Virus record (IMG/VR): IMGVR_UViG_3300036402_000307 | Span: 657 to 64,656 of that record | Length of the DNA: 64,000 bases | Strand: one strand, 5' to 3' | Source: a virus | Lineage: Duplodnaviria; Caudoviricetes | Shown here: positions 37,280 through 46,438 of the stretch, piece after piece | Layout: every line of letters starts with the position of its first letter | How positions within the stretch are numbered: position 1 is the stretch's first letter | Translations under genes and position numbers: made by a program | The notes under the pieces: model-generated | The model's database searches: none | The model's input: only the letters and a program-made list of their open reading frames with translations | Told to the model about the DNA's origin: nothing

Positions 37280-38272
37280 TCAGTCTTTGTAAAGGAGATT
37301 GATCACCTTGAAGGACCAACTTGAGTCGAGCGCCCGGATCACGATTCCCTCGCCGTGCTTGCCGTTCGGGTACTTGATCTCGGCCAGCTTGCGAAGCTCG
37401 TCATCGGTGAACACTGGCATGCCGTGGCCGTTGACGTGTCTGGCGCGGTCCGACAGCGTGAGGTCCGATCCGACGATGCGCGCGAGCGGGATGCCAAGCG
37501 CCTCACACAGTTCGGCCAGCGTCTCGGCCGGCAGGTTGGCGTGGCCGACCACATCGCGCAGCGTGAACGCGCGCGCTTCTATTGCCGGCAAGCCCATCGG
37601 GTTGCCCTGCACACCGGGGCCGACCACTTCGAACTGCAGGGCCACCCCTTGCGGCAGCCGGTCGAGCCCGTAGCGCCGTGCCGCCATCCAGTAGACGTTC
37701 TTCCCGCCACTGGCCGTGAACTCCTTGAGTTCCCAATTGCGCGAGCACACGTGCAGGCCGTCGCCGTCCACGTAGGCCGTACAGCTGGTGCCGTCAGCCT
37801 TCTCGGTTGCGTACCAGGGCTCGCGGCGCATGCGGTCCACGATCTCGGGTGCGGCCTGAAAGTTGACCTCGTCCGTCTTCGGGATGTGGCTCGGGAAGGC
37901 GCCGATGAAATCGCCTTGCATCCCCTGCGGAATCGGCTTCTCGTACTTGGTGACGCCCAGCGCCTCTGCCATGTCCGTTCCGGGCGGCATGTCAGGTGCG
38001 CCCTTGACGATCAGGCACTCGCTGGGCACACCCTTGAATCGAGCCATGCGCACGCGCCACTTGTGCTTCTCCATGAAGGCCCATCGGTCACTCGGCGGCA
38101 GGAGCGCATCCTGCAGGAACACCGTCACCACCTCCCCCTCCGCCACCTCCTTGCCGACCACTCCGGACCACGTGCCGGCGCCGCCGCAGAACACTGTGGC
38201 GGCCTGAATGAAGTCCGCGCCGTCAATGGAACGAATCTGGCTCACCTTACCGATCACCGCTACCGCGCCCAT
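37280..38272 (-). CDS. ATP-dependent RNA ligase (DRB0094/Rnl5-like)
   Basis: N-terminal OB-like region (IDGADFI), FPSHIPKTDE, TEKADGTS motif I, CSRN, EGIVIR, SFKVIN. Confidence 0.85.
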   Translation of the reverse strand: MGAVAVIGKVSQIRSIDGADFIQAATVFCGGAGTWSGVVGKEVAEGEVVTVFLQDALLPPSDRWAFMEKHKWRVRMARFKGVPSECLIVKGAPDMPPGTDMAEALGVTKYEKPIPQGMQGDFIGAFPSHIPKTDEVNFQAAPEIVDRMRREPWYATEKADGTSCTAYVDGDGLHVCSRNWELKEFTASGGKNVYWMAARRYGLDRLPQGVALQFEVVGPGVQGNPMGLPAIEARAFTLRDVVGHANLPAETLAELCEALGIPLARIVGSDLTLSDRARHVNGHGMPVFTDDELRKLAEIKYPNGKHGEGIVIRALDSSWSFKVINLLYKD

Positions 38273-38418
38273 GTCTCAGTCCTTTCGTTTCTTGGTTGAT
38301 TGCTTCTTCACCGTCTCGACCGGCTCCTCTTCCTTCTTCGCCTTCTTGGACTTGCGCTCGTCCTGCTCCTTCAGCTCGTAGGCGAGCTGCACGACGGACT
38401 TGCGCGTGGGGGTCTGCA

Positions 38419-39006
38419 TCACTGCCCTTCCAGTCCCAGGTACTTGCGCCATGGCACCTTCACGCCGTCCACCAGAAAGCCCCACGTGCCCTGCTTCTTC
38501 CATGTGACGAACAGCGTCCAGACGCCGCCGGGCCCTACCTCGCGGATGCGGTGGTACTCGCCGAACATCAGCCGCCCGGTGTAGCCGCGCTCGCGCCGGA
38601 AGCCCGCGCGAAGCGTCCCATCGCTGGTCCAGACCGGGGACCACGTGACGCCCTTTGGCACCAGCCGCACCGGCCGCTCTTCCTCGTAGTAGTTGCGCAG
38701 CACAGTGGTACGGGCGTTCCAGGGATGGTCGTGGCAAGCGCCATCGTCATCGGGCCGCCGGATGTGGTGGATGCGAGCGGACGGCAGGTGTCGGCGCCAA
38801 GACCGCCCCCACTTCTCCCAACCCGCCTTGTCCCCGTCGTTCGGGTAAGGGTTGAACAGCCACAGGCGAACCATGTAGATGTCGGTGTCGTCGCGGCTGG
38901 TGATGTTGGTGTACGGCGTGCGCTGGGCCCGCTCGATCAGCCAGTCGGTGACGGCGGGGATGGTGACAATGCGCGCGACGCCGCGCCAGATCAGGTCTCG
39001 GATCAC
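38419..39006 (-). CDS. Conserved phage protein, cupin-like His motifs
   Basis: IHHIRRPD..HDHPW..YHRI..WTLFVT. Confidence 0.65.
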   Translation of the reverse strand: MIRDLIWRGVARIVTIPAVTDWLIERAQRTPYTNITSRDDTDIYMVRLWLFNPYPNDGDKAGWEKWGRSWRRHLPSARIHHIRRPDDDGACHDHPWNARTTVLRNYYEEERPVRLVPKGVTWSPVWTSDGTLRAGFRRERGYTGRLMFGEYHRIREVGPGGVWTLFVTWKKQGTWGFLVDGVKVPWRKYLGLEGQ

Positions 39007-39533
39007 GCTGTTGCCTCCATGATTTCCCCGGTGCTCGGATTGATCGCCTCACCGCGCTTCGTGCGGCGCTGTGGCCTCAGTTCTGGCGGCAGCGGCTCCG
39101 ACACTTGATAGTTCAGGTCCGTCGCGGCAAAGGCGATCACCCTGTCGATGTACGTCGCCAGCCGGCGGACACCTAGCTCCTCGGTGCTCACCCGCACGCG
39201 GCGGCGCGACTTCTTCCCTGTGATCGGGTTGATGGTGGTAACGACCTTGAAGCCCAGGAACTCGCTGCGGAAGTGCTCCTTCCAGACCAGCATCGGAAAC
39301 TTCTGGCCGCCGTTAGCCCGGCAGAACTGCGCGATCTCGGTCAGCACCACGCCATGCAAGTAGCCTCGCTGAGCCTCCGTGATGGCGTCGTCCAGCAGTC
39401 GCACTTCCGCGACCAGCGCGCGCCCGTGGCCGGTGTGCTCTTTCGCGTAGGGCCACAACTGCTTGGCAATGGCCTGGTGGGCCTGCTCCGGTGTGTGCAA
39501 CTCGACGCGAAGGAGGATGTCGCTCACCTCCAC
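39003..39533 (-). CDS. NinB-like protein
   Basis: TEAQRGYLHG..WKEHF..STEEL..YIDRVIAFA. Confidence 0.6.
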   Translation of the reverse strand: MEVSDILLRVELHTPEQAHQAIAKQLWPYAKEHTGHGRALVAEVRLLDDAITEAQRGYLHGVVLTEIAQFCRANGGQKFPMLVWKEHFRSEFLGFKVVTTINPITGKKSRRRVRVSTEELGVRRLATYIDRVIAFAATDLNYQVSEPLPPELRPQRRTKRGEAINPSTGEIMEATA

Positions 39534-39657
39534 ACCTCAGGCAAGTAGTACAGGCTTAGGAGATAGGCCTCCATCAGGCGGTTCGACTCTTCCAACACCC
39601 ACCCGATGTAGTAGCCCAGCGGAAGGCCAATCAGGGCGGCCAGGGTGCAAAGGAGGA

Positions 39658-41013
39658 TCAGGACTTGCATGTGGCCTCCATCGGCACGCGCAGTGCCTCG
39701 ACCTGCTGGATGCGCTGTCCGATCCAGCGCGCGCACGGAACGGCCCAGGAGTTGCCAATCGCCTTGTAGCGAGGACCATCGGCCGCAGGCTTCCCGCGCA
39801 CGGTGATCAGCGTGTAGTCGTCTTGGAAGCCCTGAAGGCGCTCGCACTCGCGCGGGGTCAGCCGGCGAACCTGCATTCCGGTCATGATCGCTTGATGACC
39901 GCCGCCGTTCGTGTGGCTGTCGGCGTGCCCCATCGCTCTCTGGGTGCTGGCGATCTCCCCGATGCCGAAGCCGTTGCGGCCAGAGGCCTTGCAGTCAAAG
40001 CCCACGACAGGCACCAACGGCGTGCCGCGCCCCGTGCCGTCCTCGCTGGCGTCGAGGCCCTCACCGCGCAGGCTGTGGGCGATGAACGTTTCGCTGTCGA
40101 AGTCCATCCGGCCGGCGCCGCCCTTGGCGTTCAGGCCGGCGGCGACGTCGATGGGGCCGCTGGTGTTGTTTCCGCCGAAGGCGATGGGCACAAGGTTGTC
40201 ACACCCGTCACACCCGTCACCCCGCCACGCCGCACCATTTGACGGCACGCGCAAGGTGTGCGCTACCAGTGTGTCGGCCTTGGTCACGCTGTCCTGCGCG
40301 CGGATCGTGGCTCCTACTTCGCTTCGGTCCCACCAGCCATGTCCGCTACTGACTGCAGTGCTGATGCCAGCGCGGTCGGCAGTTCCTTGCCTCGCTTCTC
40401 TGCGCGGCGCAGGATGCCCCGACAGGCCATGGCGCTCAAGAAGTACCGCTGCGGCACGGGCCCGGCTTCCAAGACATCCGACAACGAACACACGCTCGCG
40501 GCGCTGTGCCAGACCGGCAAACTGAGCGTCAAAGCTTCGATAGGCCCACCCATACCCGAGTTCTGTAAGGCCGGCAAGGAAGCAGGAGAGATCACTTGTT
40601 TCGTCACCTTCCCACTCGTCTTGTCCCGGGTGAAGCGCACCCGTCTCGTCAGCACCAGACCAGGAGGAAAGAACGCCGGGGACGTTCTCCCAAACCACCC
40701 ACTGGGGCCGATACCTTGCAGCAATGGCAAGATAGGTGAGCATGAGGTTGCCACGTGGGTCTGAAAGTCCCTTTCGCAGTCCGGCGATGCTGAAGGACTG
40801 GCAGGGTGTTCCTCCGCAGAGAAGATCGATAGTTGCATCAGGCCAGGCCTCGAACTTGGTCATGTCGCCCCAGTTGGGGACCGTGGGGTAGTGGTGCGCC
40901 AGGACAGCGCACGGGAAGGACTCGATCTCGCTGAACGCAGCGGCGCGCCAGCCCAGAGGATTCCAGGCGACACTGGCCGCCTCGATGCCGCTGCAGACGG
41001 AGAGGAACCTCAT
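39658..41013 (-). CDS. DNA (cytosine-5) methyltransferase, alpha polypeptide
   Basis: SVCSGIEA (I), GGTPCQSFS (IV), WENVPG (VI), QRRERVF (VIII), RRLTPRECERLQGF, YKAIGNS (X). Confidence 0.92.
   Translation of the reverse strand: MRFLSVCSGIEAASVAWNPLGWRAAAFSEIESFPCAVLAHHYPTVPNWGDMTKFEAWPDATIDLLCGGTPCQSFSIAGLRKGLSDPRGNLMLTYLAIAARYRPQWVVWENVPGVLSSWSGADETGALHPGQDEWEGDETSDLSCFLAGLTELGYGWAYRSFDAQFAGLAQRRERVFVVGCLGSRARAAAVLLERHGLSGHPAPRREARQGTADRAGISTAVSSGHGWWDRSEVGATIRAQDSVTKADTLVAHTLRVPSNGAAWRGDGCDGCDNLVPIAFGGNNTSGPIDVAAGLNAKGGAGRMDFDSETFIAHSLRGEGLDASEDGTGRGTPLVPVVGFDCKASGRNGFGIGEIASTQRAMGHADSHTNGGGHQAIMTGMQVRRLTPRECERLQGFQDDYTLITVRGKPAADGPRYKAIGNSWAVPCARWIGQRIQQVEALRVPMEATCKS
40314..40838 (-). 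CDS. Nested alternative-frame beta polypeptide of the C5 methyltransferase (M.EcoHK31I-type)
   Basis: 174-aa +1 frame ORF with SLSDVLE..PQRYFLS..ACRGILRRAEKRGKELP. Confidence 0.7.
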   Translation of the reverse strand: MQLSIFSAEEHPASPSASPDCERDFQTHVATSCSPILPLLQGIGPSGWFGRTSPAFFPPGLVLTRRVRFTRDKTSGKVTKQVISPASLPALQNSGMGGPIEALTLSLPVWHSAASVCSLSDVLEAGPVPQRYFLSAMACRGILRRAEKRGKELPTALASALQSVADMAGGTEAK

Positions 41014-41171
41014 GCGAACAGGTCCTTCTGCCGCTCGTCCCGCGACTGCTCCGCACGCTGCCGCCGCTTCGGCTTCACGCCCGCCACCGCCTGCGCACAC
41101 GTGCTGCCGTACGAATTGCTGCCAACATACACAGGGTGGCGAAGCTTTCTGCTGCAGCGGGCGCATTTCAT
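41010..41171 (-). CDS. Small zinc-finger protein
   Basis: MKCARCSRKL..GSTCA; coupled at both ends. Confidence 0.55.
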   Translation of the reverse strand: MKCARCSRKLRHPVYVGSNSYGSTCAQAVAGVKPKRRQRAEQSRDERQKDLFA

Positions 41172-41386
41172 GCCTGCGACTCCTGCGCCCGCATCCAGCG
41201 GTCCCATGTCAGAGCGGCCTGCACCCGCGAGCGCGCTCCCATGCGCCGGCAACACTCGCGCATCAGGTTGCAGCCGCGCTTGTGCACCAGGTTCAGCGCA
41301 CGGGCCACAGCCTTGTCGCTGCCGTGCTCCACCAGCGCGGCCATCGCCTCGCATTGGCGCGGGGTGAGGTTCCAGGGGTTGGTCAC
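41168..41386 (-). CDS. LuxR-type HTH protein
   Basis: LTPRQ..GSDKAVARAL..MGARSRVQAA. Confidence 0.7.
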   Translation of the reverse strand: MTNPWNLTPRQCEAMAALVEHGSDKAVARALNLVHKRGCNLMRECCRRMGARSRVQAALTWDRWMRAQESQA

Positions 41387-41796
41387 AGCAGCAGCACCTC
41401 CACCGTCACGCCCGGCGTCAGGCCGTACCGCTTCGACTTAGCGACGTCCACCACCTGCACGTCGTCCTTCCAGACCACGCCGTTCATCCCGTCGAACACC
41501 GCCTTCTCGACGTTGTCGATGTCCGGTTTCGTGGTGGGGTGCTCGCTGCCGGCGAGCGCGCGCTGCTGCTTCACCTTCGACCAGCTCGCGGGGATCTGCA
41601 CCTCGATGCGCAGCCGCACCGATACCGCGCCCTCCAGCAGCGGCTGGCCGGCCATCGCCTGAGCCGCCGAGTAGCCGACGAGGCTCTCGTAGCTGACCGT
41701 CTTCTCCGGCGTGTACAACCGAGAGAAGCCGCCGACCTTGCCGACGCGCGCGCGGCCCTTGCCGACTGGCTGGCCTGGGATGGTGAAGGTGATCAT
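41383..41796 (-). CDS. rusA: RusA-like Holliday junction resolvase
   Basis: PVGKGRAR, KPDIDN..KAVFDGMNG..DDVQV. Confidence 0.88.
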   Translation of the reverse strand: MITFTIPGQPVGKGRARVGKVGGFSRLYTPEKTVSYESLVGYSAAQAMAGQPLLEGAVSVRLRIEVQIPASWSKVKQQRALAGSEHPTTKPDIDNVEKAVFDGMNGVVWKDDVQVVDVAKSKRYGLTPGVTVEVLLL

Positions 41797-41866
41797 CGCG
41801 GCGACCCGGCCGGGATGGTGACCCGGCCGTCCTCGTCGTGGCATTGGGCGATGTCAGCGGGCAGCA

Positions 41867-43276
41867 TCAAACGTCCTCCGTGTAGTGCTTGCGCGCGGGA
41901 CTTTTGAACTCCGCGGGCGCATAGGTCTCCTGCCAATGCTGGTGCGCGCCGTTGAAGCCGAGCGTCAATGTGCCGACCCGCCCCTGCCGGTTCTTGGGCA
42001 GATCGCAGTTGATGATCTGAAAGCCGTTTGCGTCCGCGTGACCGCGCGAGAGCAGCGCCACGATGTCCGCGTCTTCCTCGATGGCCCCCGACTCCTTCAG
42101 GTCGCTCAAGACCGGCCTGCCGCTGGCGCGCTTCTCCACCTCGCGGTTGAGTTGCGACAGCGTGATGAAGCACAGATCCAACTGCTTGGCCAGCGCCTTG
42201 ATGCCGCGCGACAGTTGCTCGATCTGGTGGTGCCGGCTGTCCGCCTCCTGGGCGCCGGCGCACAGCTGCAGGTAGTCCAGCACGATCAGCTTGATGCCGT
42301 GCTGACGCTTGAGCATTCGCGCTTTGGCGGCGATGTCGTGCAGCGTGAGCGCCGGCTGGTCGTCGAAGAACAGCGGCGCATTGCGCAGGCGCTCGATTGC
42401 CTCCGTCAGGCGCGGCCAGTCGCTGTCTATGAGCTGCCCGGAGATCACTCGGTCCAGATCAATGCGGGCGAGGTTCGCTGTCGCTCGGTCCGTGAGTTCG
42501 TCCTTCGACATCTCCTGCGAGAGCATGGCCGCGCCGTGGCCAGCGAGCGCCAGGTTCAGGCAAACCTGCTCCGCGAGCGACGACTTGCCGATGGAGGGCC
42601 GGGCCGCCAGGATGATCTGCTTGCCGCCCTTCAGCCCGCCGCCGATCATGCGATCCAGACCGGGGATGCCGGTTGAAACGCTGGGCGGCGCTTTCCCGTC
42701 CGCAGCGTCCTGGATCCGGTCAAGCAAGCGGACAACGCTCTCGACCACGGACTCGGGCACCTTGCGGCCGGCGCGCACGTCGATCTCTTGCAGCGTTTGC
42801 TGCGCCTCGTCCACGATCGTGTTGACCGTCTTGCCGTTCGGATTGAAGGCCGAGGTGGCGATGGTGTCGCTCGCGGACACCAACTTTCGCAAGGTGGCGT
42901 TCTCGCTCACGATCTCCGCGTACCGGCGGATATTGGCCGCGCTGACCACGTACTGCGCCAAGGAGTTCAGGTAGGCGAGCCCACCCACCTCGCTCGCTTT
43001 GTGGACCTTCTCCAGCTCGTTGAAGACGGTGATGACGTCGGCCGGCTTGCTGGCGTTGATCAGGCCAGCGATGGCCGCGAAGATCAGCTTGTGCTCGTAG
43101 CGGTAGAAGTCGCCGTCGACCAGCAGGTCGCCGACACGGTCCCATGCCTCGTTGTCCAGCAACAGGCCGCCCAGGACGCTGGACTCCGCTTGAACGGAGT
43201 TCGGCGGGATGCGCAGGACCGCGCGGCCCGGCTGACTGTCGTCGAGGGCCATCAGGTCGGGGTCATCCCGGTGCAT
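41867..43276 (-). CDS. dnaB: DnaB-like replicative helicase
   Basis: AESSVLGGLL, AARPSIGKS, LDYLQL, LSQLNR, DLKESGAIEEDAD, KNRQG. Confidence 0.95.
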   Translation of the reverse strand: MHRDDPDLMALDDSQPGRAVLRIPPNSVQAESSVLGGLLLDNEAWDRVGDLLVDGDFYRYEHKLIFAAIAGLINASKPADVITVFNELEKVHKASEVGGLAYLNSLAQYVVSAANIRRYAEIVSENATLRKLVSASDTIATSAFNPNGKTVNTIVDEAQQTLQEIDVRAGRKVPESVVESVVRLLDRIQDAADGKAPPSVSTGIPGLDRMIGGGLKGGKQIILAARPSIGKSSLAEQVCLNLALAGHGAAMLSQEMSKDELTDRATANLARIDLDRVISGQLIDSDWPRLTEAIERLRNAPLFFDDQPALTLHDIAAKARMLKRQHGIKLIVLDYLQLCAGAQEADSRHHQIEQLSRGIKALAKQLDLCFITLSQLNREVEKRASGRPVLSDLKESGAIEEDADIVALLSRGHADANGFQIINCDLPKNRQGRVGTLTLGFNGAHQHWQETYAPAEFKSPARKHYTEDV

Positions 43277-44186
43277 GGCCGCCCTCCTTGGCCTTCATGC
43301 GGGCGTCCAGGACTTGCTTTTCCTGCAACCCGCGCGAGGACCACTTCACCTCGCCAGCGTCGGTGAACCACAGCTTTGCCCAGCACCCGCGCACCGCGTT
43401 GGCGAAGTGCCCTGGCCAGTCCTTGTACCGCTTGGCCTTGTTCGTGCCGGTCGTGTAGTCGTCGCGAAACACGCACCAGGCGACCTGCAGCATTTCCTCG
43501 GCAATGCCGGCGTCGCGGCAGTAGGCGCGAATGGCATGGTCGTCCGGCACCGGCTTGGTCCCTGCCTCCCGGCATTCCTGCAGGTAGGTCTTCAGGGTGG
43601 TGTCTTCGCGCTTCGGACGAGAGGTGCGATGCGCAGCAGCGCTCTCTTTGTTCTGTTCCTGCTCCTGCTCCTGTTCCTGTTCCTGATTAGGCATAGCCTT
43701 CGAGGAAGGCTTTCCGGAATGCTTCGGAGTGGTCTTGGCGGGCTTGTCGGTTAACTCGTCAAACGCCTCTGCGTAGGAGGGGCCGATGCCGGTAAGGTGC
43801 TCGCGAACGGCCGCAATCGCCTCGCGCTTCAGCTCACATTCCGGCAGCAGATCCAACTCCACGCGCCAGGAACGAACAACGTTCGGCGACTCCGGCTTGT
43901 TGTGTTTCAGAGCCTTCGGGAGCCACACCAAACGAGCCTTGAAGTCAGCCTTCGCCATGCCCGCACCGGAGACTTCGGCAAAGGCTTCGTCGAAGGCTTC
44001 CATCTCCCACCCGAGTTCTTCCGCCATGCCGGCACGACCGGCGCGGAACAGCCCAGGAATCGGTCCGGTGTGCGGGCCCGTCATCAGGAACAGCCACAGG
44101 CCCTGCCCGGACGGAGGCATCGCGGTGAGGCCGCGAAACTTCTCATCCATCCAGGTCTTCACCTCGATCTTGCGGTAGCGGCTCAC
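43263..44186 (-). CDS. Phage replication initiator protein
   Basis: YRKI..WMDEKF N-terminus, QE linker, YKDW; directly upstream of DnaB. Confidence 0.75.
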   Translation of the reverse strand: MSRYRKIEVKTWMDEKFRGLTAMPPSGQGLWLFLMTGPHTGPIPGLFRAGRAGMAEELGWEMEAFDEAFAEVSGAGMAKADFKARLVWLPKALKHNKPESPNVVRSWRVELDLLPECELKREAIAAVREHLTGIGPSYAEAFDELTDKPAKTTPKHSGKPSSKAMPNQEQEQEQEQEQNKESAAAHRTSRPKREDTTLKTYLQECREAGTKPVPDDHAIRAYCRDAGIAEEMLQVAWCVFRDDYTTGTNKAKRYKDWPGHFANAVRGCWAKLWFTDAGEVKWSSRGLQEKQVLDARMKAKEGGHAPG

Positions 44187-44557
44187 AGCGTTGCCCCTCG
44201 CATTGCTGCGACGTCAGCCCTGTCCTCGCGCTGCTTGCGCTTGTTGCAGGTCTCGCAGAGCGCTTGGAGGTTGGCCAGCACGCTCCGGCCGCCAGCCTTT
44301 AGGGTCAGGATGTGATCGAGCACTAGCAGGTCGGGGTAGCCGCTGGAGACCTTCGTGTTGGTAAACAGCGTGTTGTGGCCGTCGTACTCGGCCGGAACAT
44401 CAACTGCGGCCGCCCCGCAGCGCACGCACTTGAACTGGTCGCGTCGGAAGACATGCGCCATCAGCGCGGCGTGCGCTGGATACCCGAACTTGAGCCGGCG
44501 CGGGCTGGTCACCACGCGCCACTCTCGTCCACGCCAGTCGGTCCACGTTTCGCGCAT
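44183..44557 (-). CDS. HNH endonuclease
   Basis: RDQFKCVRC..LDHI..GG..NLQALCETCN. Confidence 0.88.
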   Translation of the reverse strand: MRETWTDWRGREWRVVTSPRRLKFGYPAHAALMAHVFRRDQFKCVRCGAAAVDVPAEYDGHNTLFTNTKVSSGYPDLLVLDHILTLKAGGRSVLANLQALCETCNKRKQREDRADVAAMRGATL

Positions 44558-44979
44558 CAGCCGCGCCTCCGAGCCGCCCGCGCCTTGTCGGCCTGGTCAA
44601 TGAAGTAGCACCCCGTCGCCCCCTCCGCGATCCGCTGCTGGATCTGCGCCTCTCTGGCGGCCTTCCAGGAAGGGCTGAGGGAGCGCAGCGCCTCGTCGCG
44701 GCGGTGCATCCACAGCAGGGCCTCGTCGCGTGCTGCGGGGTCGTGGAAGGCCTCGAAGCGCTGGTGGGCCTGCTCCATCAGCAGCGCGCAGTCCATGGCG
44801 TGCCGGCGGACTTCGGCGTCCGTCACCTCGCGGGCCGAGGCGAGGTCCTGCAAGACGCGTCCGACACGGGTCATCAGCATCGCCCCGCAAAGACCGACCG
44901 AGTCCGGCGCTGCAATCGAGCTGGGTAAGTTCGTCCCGCATTCAGGCGCTGGGCTGGCGGGATGGTCTGATGCGTTCAT
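44557..44979 (-). CDS. Hypothetical protein
   Basis: Coupled ORF. Confidence 0.55.
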   Translation of the reverse strand: MNASDHPASPAPECGTNLPSSIAAPDSVGLCGAMLMTRVGRVLQDLASAREVTDAEVRRHAMDCALLMEQAHQRFEAFHDPAARDEALLWMHRRDEALRSLSPSWKAAREAQIQQRIAEGATGCYFIDQADKARAARRRG

Positions 44980-45042
44980 TTCAGGCCTTAGCGAGCGTCT
45001 TCAGGATCTCGCGGCTGTCGCCGTGGTGAAGCTGGAACTGGC

Positions 45043-45225
45043 TCAAGCGCTTACCTCGCCAGAGGTGTGCAAGAGCAGGTACCGCTCGTAGGCTCGCTTC
45101 CATTCACCGGAGTCTTGCGTACCCTCGTGCGGGTTTCGCTCGAGCTCGCCGGTCTGAGCGGTGCGGCGGGCCGCGGCGTCGGCCTGCTCTGCGATCGTGA
45201 CCCTGCGGATGCTTGCGTCGGCCAT
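45043..45225 (-). CDS. Hypothetical protein
   Basis: GGGG RBS, abuts upstream ORF. Confidence 0.55.
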   Translation of the reverse strand: MADASIRRVTIAEQADAAARRTAQTGELERNPHEGTQDSGEWKRAYERYLLLHTSGEVSA

Positions 45226-45432
45226 TCAGATCACCCCCTTGCTCGGGCACCGCCGGAAGTCGTCCGCTCCAGGACGCATCGGGCTGGTCCACAGCTTGGA
45301 CAACTGCAGCGGGTCCCGGCTCATCGCGTTGTGCACCAGCGTGGGCGCGGCAAAGTTCATCGGCGCTGGCTGGTAGTGGCCGTTCGCGGAACTGCGCGTG
45401 GACAGCGGGCCGATCAGGGTGGGTTTTCTCAT
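45226..45432 (-). CDS. Hypothetical protein
   Basis: RPGADDFRRCPS; coupled ORF. Confidence 0.55.
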   Translation of the reverse strand: MRKPTLIGPLSTRSSANGHYQPAPMNFAAPTLVHNAMSRDPLQLSKLWTSPMRPGADDFRRCPSKGVI

Positions 45433-45749
45433 GACGCCTTGACCTCGCCCTTGACAGGCAAGGCGACCTGATCGCCTCGCCCCGCATTACCAAGGACGCG
45501 CCGGATACGATTTGCGTGCAAACTTGCGACATGTTCCGGCCCGTACAAGCTCCCGTAGATCAGCTCGCGCGCCCAGGCGGTGATCGTCATGCCCTCTTTG
45601 GCGGCGGCCCGGTGCGCGTCCATGCGGACATCCACCGGGATGCGGATCGCAGGGATTTCGTCGTCGAAGTCCCCGAAGATGTCCTTGCCCGCTGTGCGGG
45701 CCTGCATCGCGCTATCGAATGCGCTGTCGCCTTCTCGGCTTTCGGCCAT
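45429..45749 (-). CDS. CII-position DNA-binding protein (ribbon-helix-helix-like)
   Basis: IRIPVDV..AAAKEGMTITAWARELI; GGAG RBS; downstream of cro. Confidence 0.55.
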   Translation of the reverse strand: MAESREGDSAFDSAMQARTAGKDIFGDFDDEIPAIRIPVDVRMDAHRAAAKEGMTITAWARELIYGSLYGPEHVASLHANRIRRVLGNAGRGDQVALPVKGEVKAS

Positions 45750-45785
45750 GCTGGTTCTCCACCGGGTTGTCTTTTCGTTGTGAGG

Positions 45786-46028
45786 TCAGGCGCGCGTGAG
45801 GTTGCGAGCCAGGGTCTGCTGCTTGTCGTCGTCGGGGATGCCGCAAAAGAGGCAGTGCCCGAACAGGAGCGGGACGTGGTCGCCGTTGGCCTTGCAGTCG
45901 GCCTGCAGCTGCTGGCGCTCCGGCTCCTGCAGGGTGCGGATGCGCCTTGCCGCCGCGCCCGGCGCCGAGCGCACTTGGCGCTCCAGCTCGCTGTAACGCT
46001 GGGCGATGGCTACTTTGGTGGTGGGCAT
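45786..46028 (-). CDS. Hypothetical protein
   Basis: GGAG RBS; C..GH..CLFCG. Confidence 0.5.
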   Translation of the reverse strand: MPTTKVAIAQRYSELERQVRSAPGAAARRIRTLQEPERQQLQADCKANGDHVPLLFGHCLFCGIPDDDKQQTLARNLTRA

Positions 46029-46047
46029 GAGGTGCTCCGCCGTGTTC

Positions 46048-46083
46048 AAAAAAGTGGCTCGCCAGCACTAAGCCGGCGAGCCG
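46048..46083 (-). terminator. tR1-like terminator after cro
   Basis: GGCTCGCCGGC-TTAGT-GCTGGCGAGCC followed by ACTTTTTT. Confidence 0.75.
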
Positions 46084-46114
46084 CAGGCCGCGCCCGAGGA
46101 GGATGAGAGGTCGA

Positions 46115-46330
46115 TCACGCGGCCGCCTTCTTGCCGGTCGCCTTGGCCTCCCCGAAGAGGTAGCGATGCAGCGCAGCCACCTTGGAGTACCCGGGATCGT
46201 TTTCCTGCCGCTTGATGCGCAGAACGGTGTCGTATGGGATGCCCGTCTCTCTAGCGACGGTGGCAAGGTCGCCCTGGCGCCTGTTCAGCTCCTGAACAAC
46301 CTCGTCTAGGAGATCGGTTTGCTCGCTCAT
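46115..46330 (-). CDS. Cro-like HTH regulator
   Basis: VARETGIPYDTVLRI..NDPG; divergent from repressor. Confidence 0.8.
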   Translation of the reverse strand: MSEQTDLLDEVVQELNRRQGDLATVARETGIPYDTVLRIKRQENDPGYSKVAALHRYLFGEAKATGKKAAA

Positions 46331-46336
46331 AACGAC

Positions 46337-46415
46337 ATCCTAGACAAAGATGTCCAATGCAGCAAGACAAATTTGTCCAGAACTGGTCCAACGGCAGAAT
46401 GGACAAATTTGCCAG
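46337..46415 (-). promoter_or_regulatory. cro promoter with three operators (OR-like)
   Basis: TTGCTG-17nt-TAGGAT-6nt-ATG; operators TAGACA-AAGA-TGTCCA (46341), AAGACA-AATT-TGTCCA (46364), TGGACA-AATT-TGCCAG (46400). Confidence 0.8.
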
Positions 46416-46438
46416 CGGTTTCGGGCGATGATTCGGGG

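Noticed and set aside
40197-40220. 9-bp tandem duplication in the methyltransferase
   Set aside because: In-frame and in the variable region; no evidence of phase variation.
43651-43725. Replication origin iterons within the initiator gene
   Set aside because: The 6-bp repeats encode a QE linker and the nearby AAGGCTT-like repeats are too degenerate to call.
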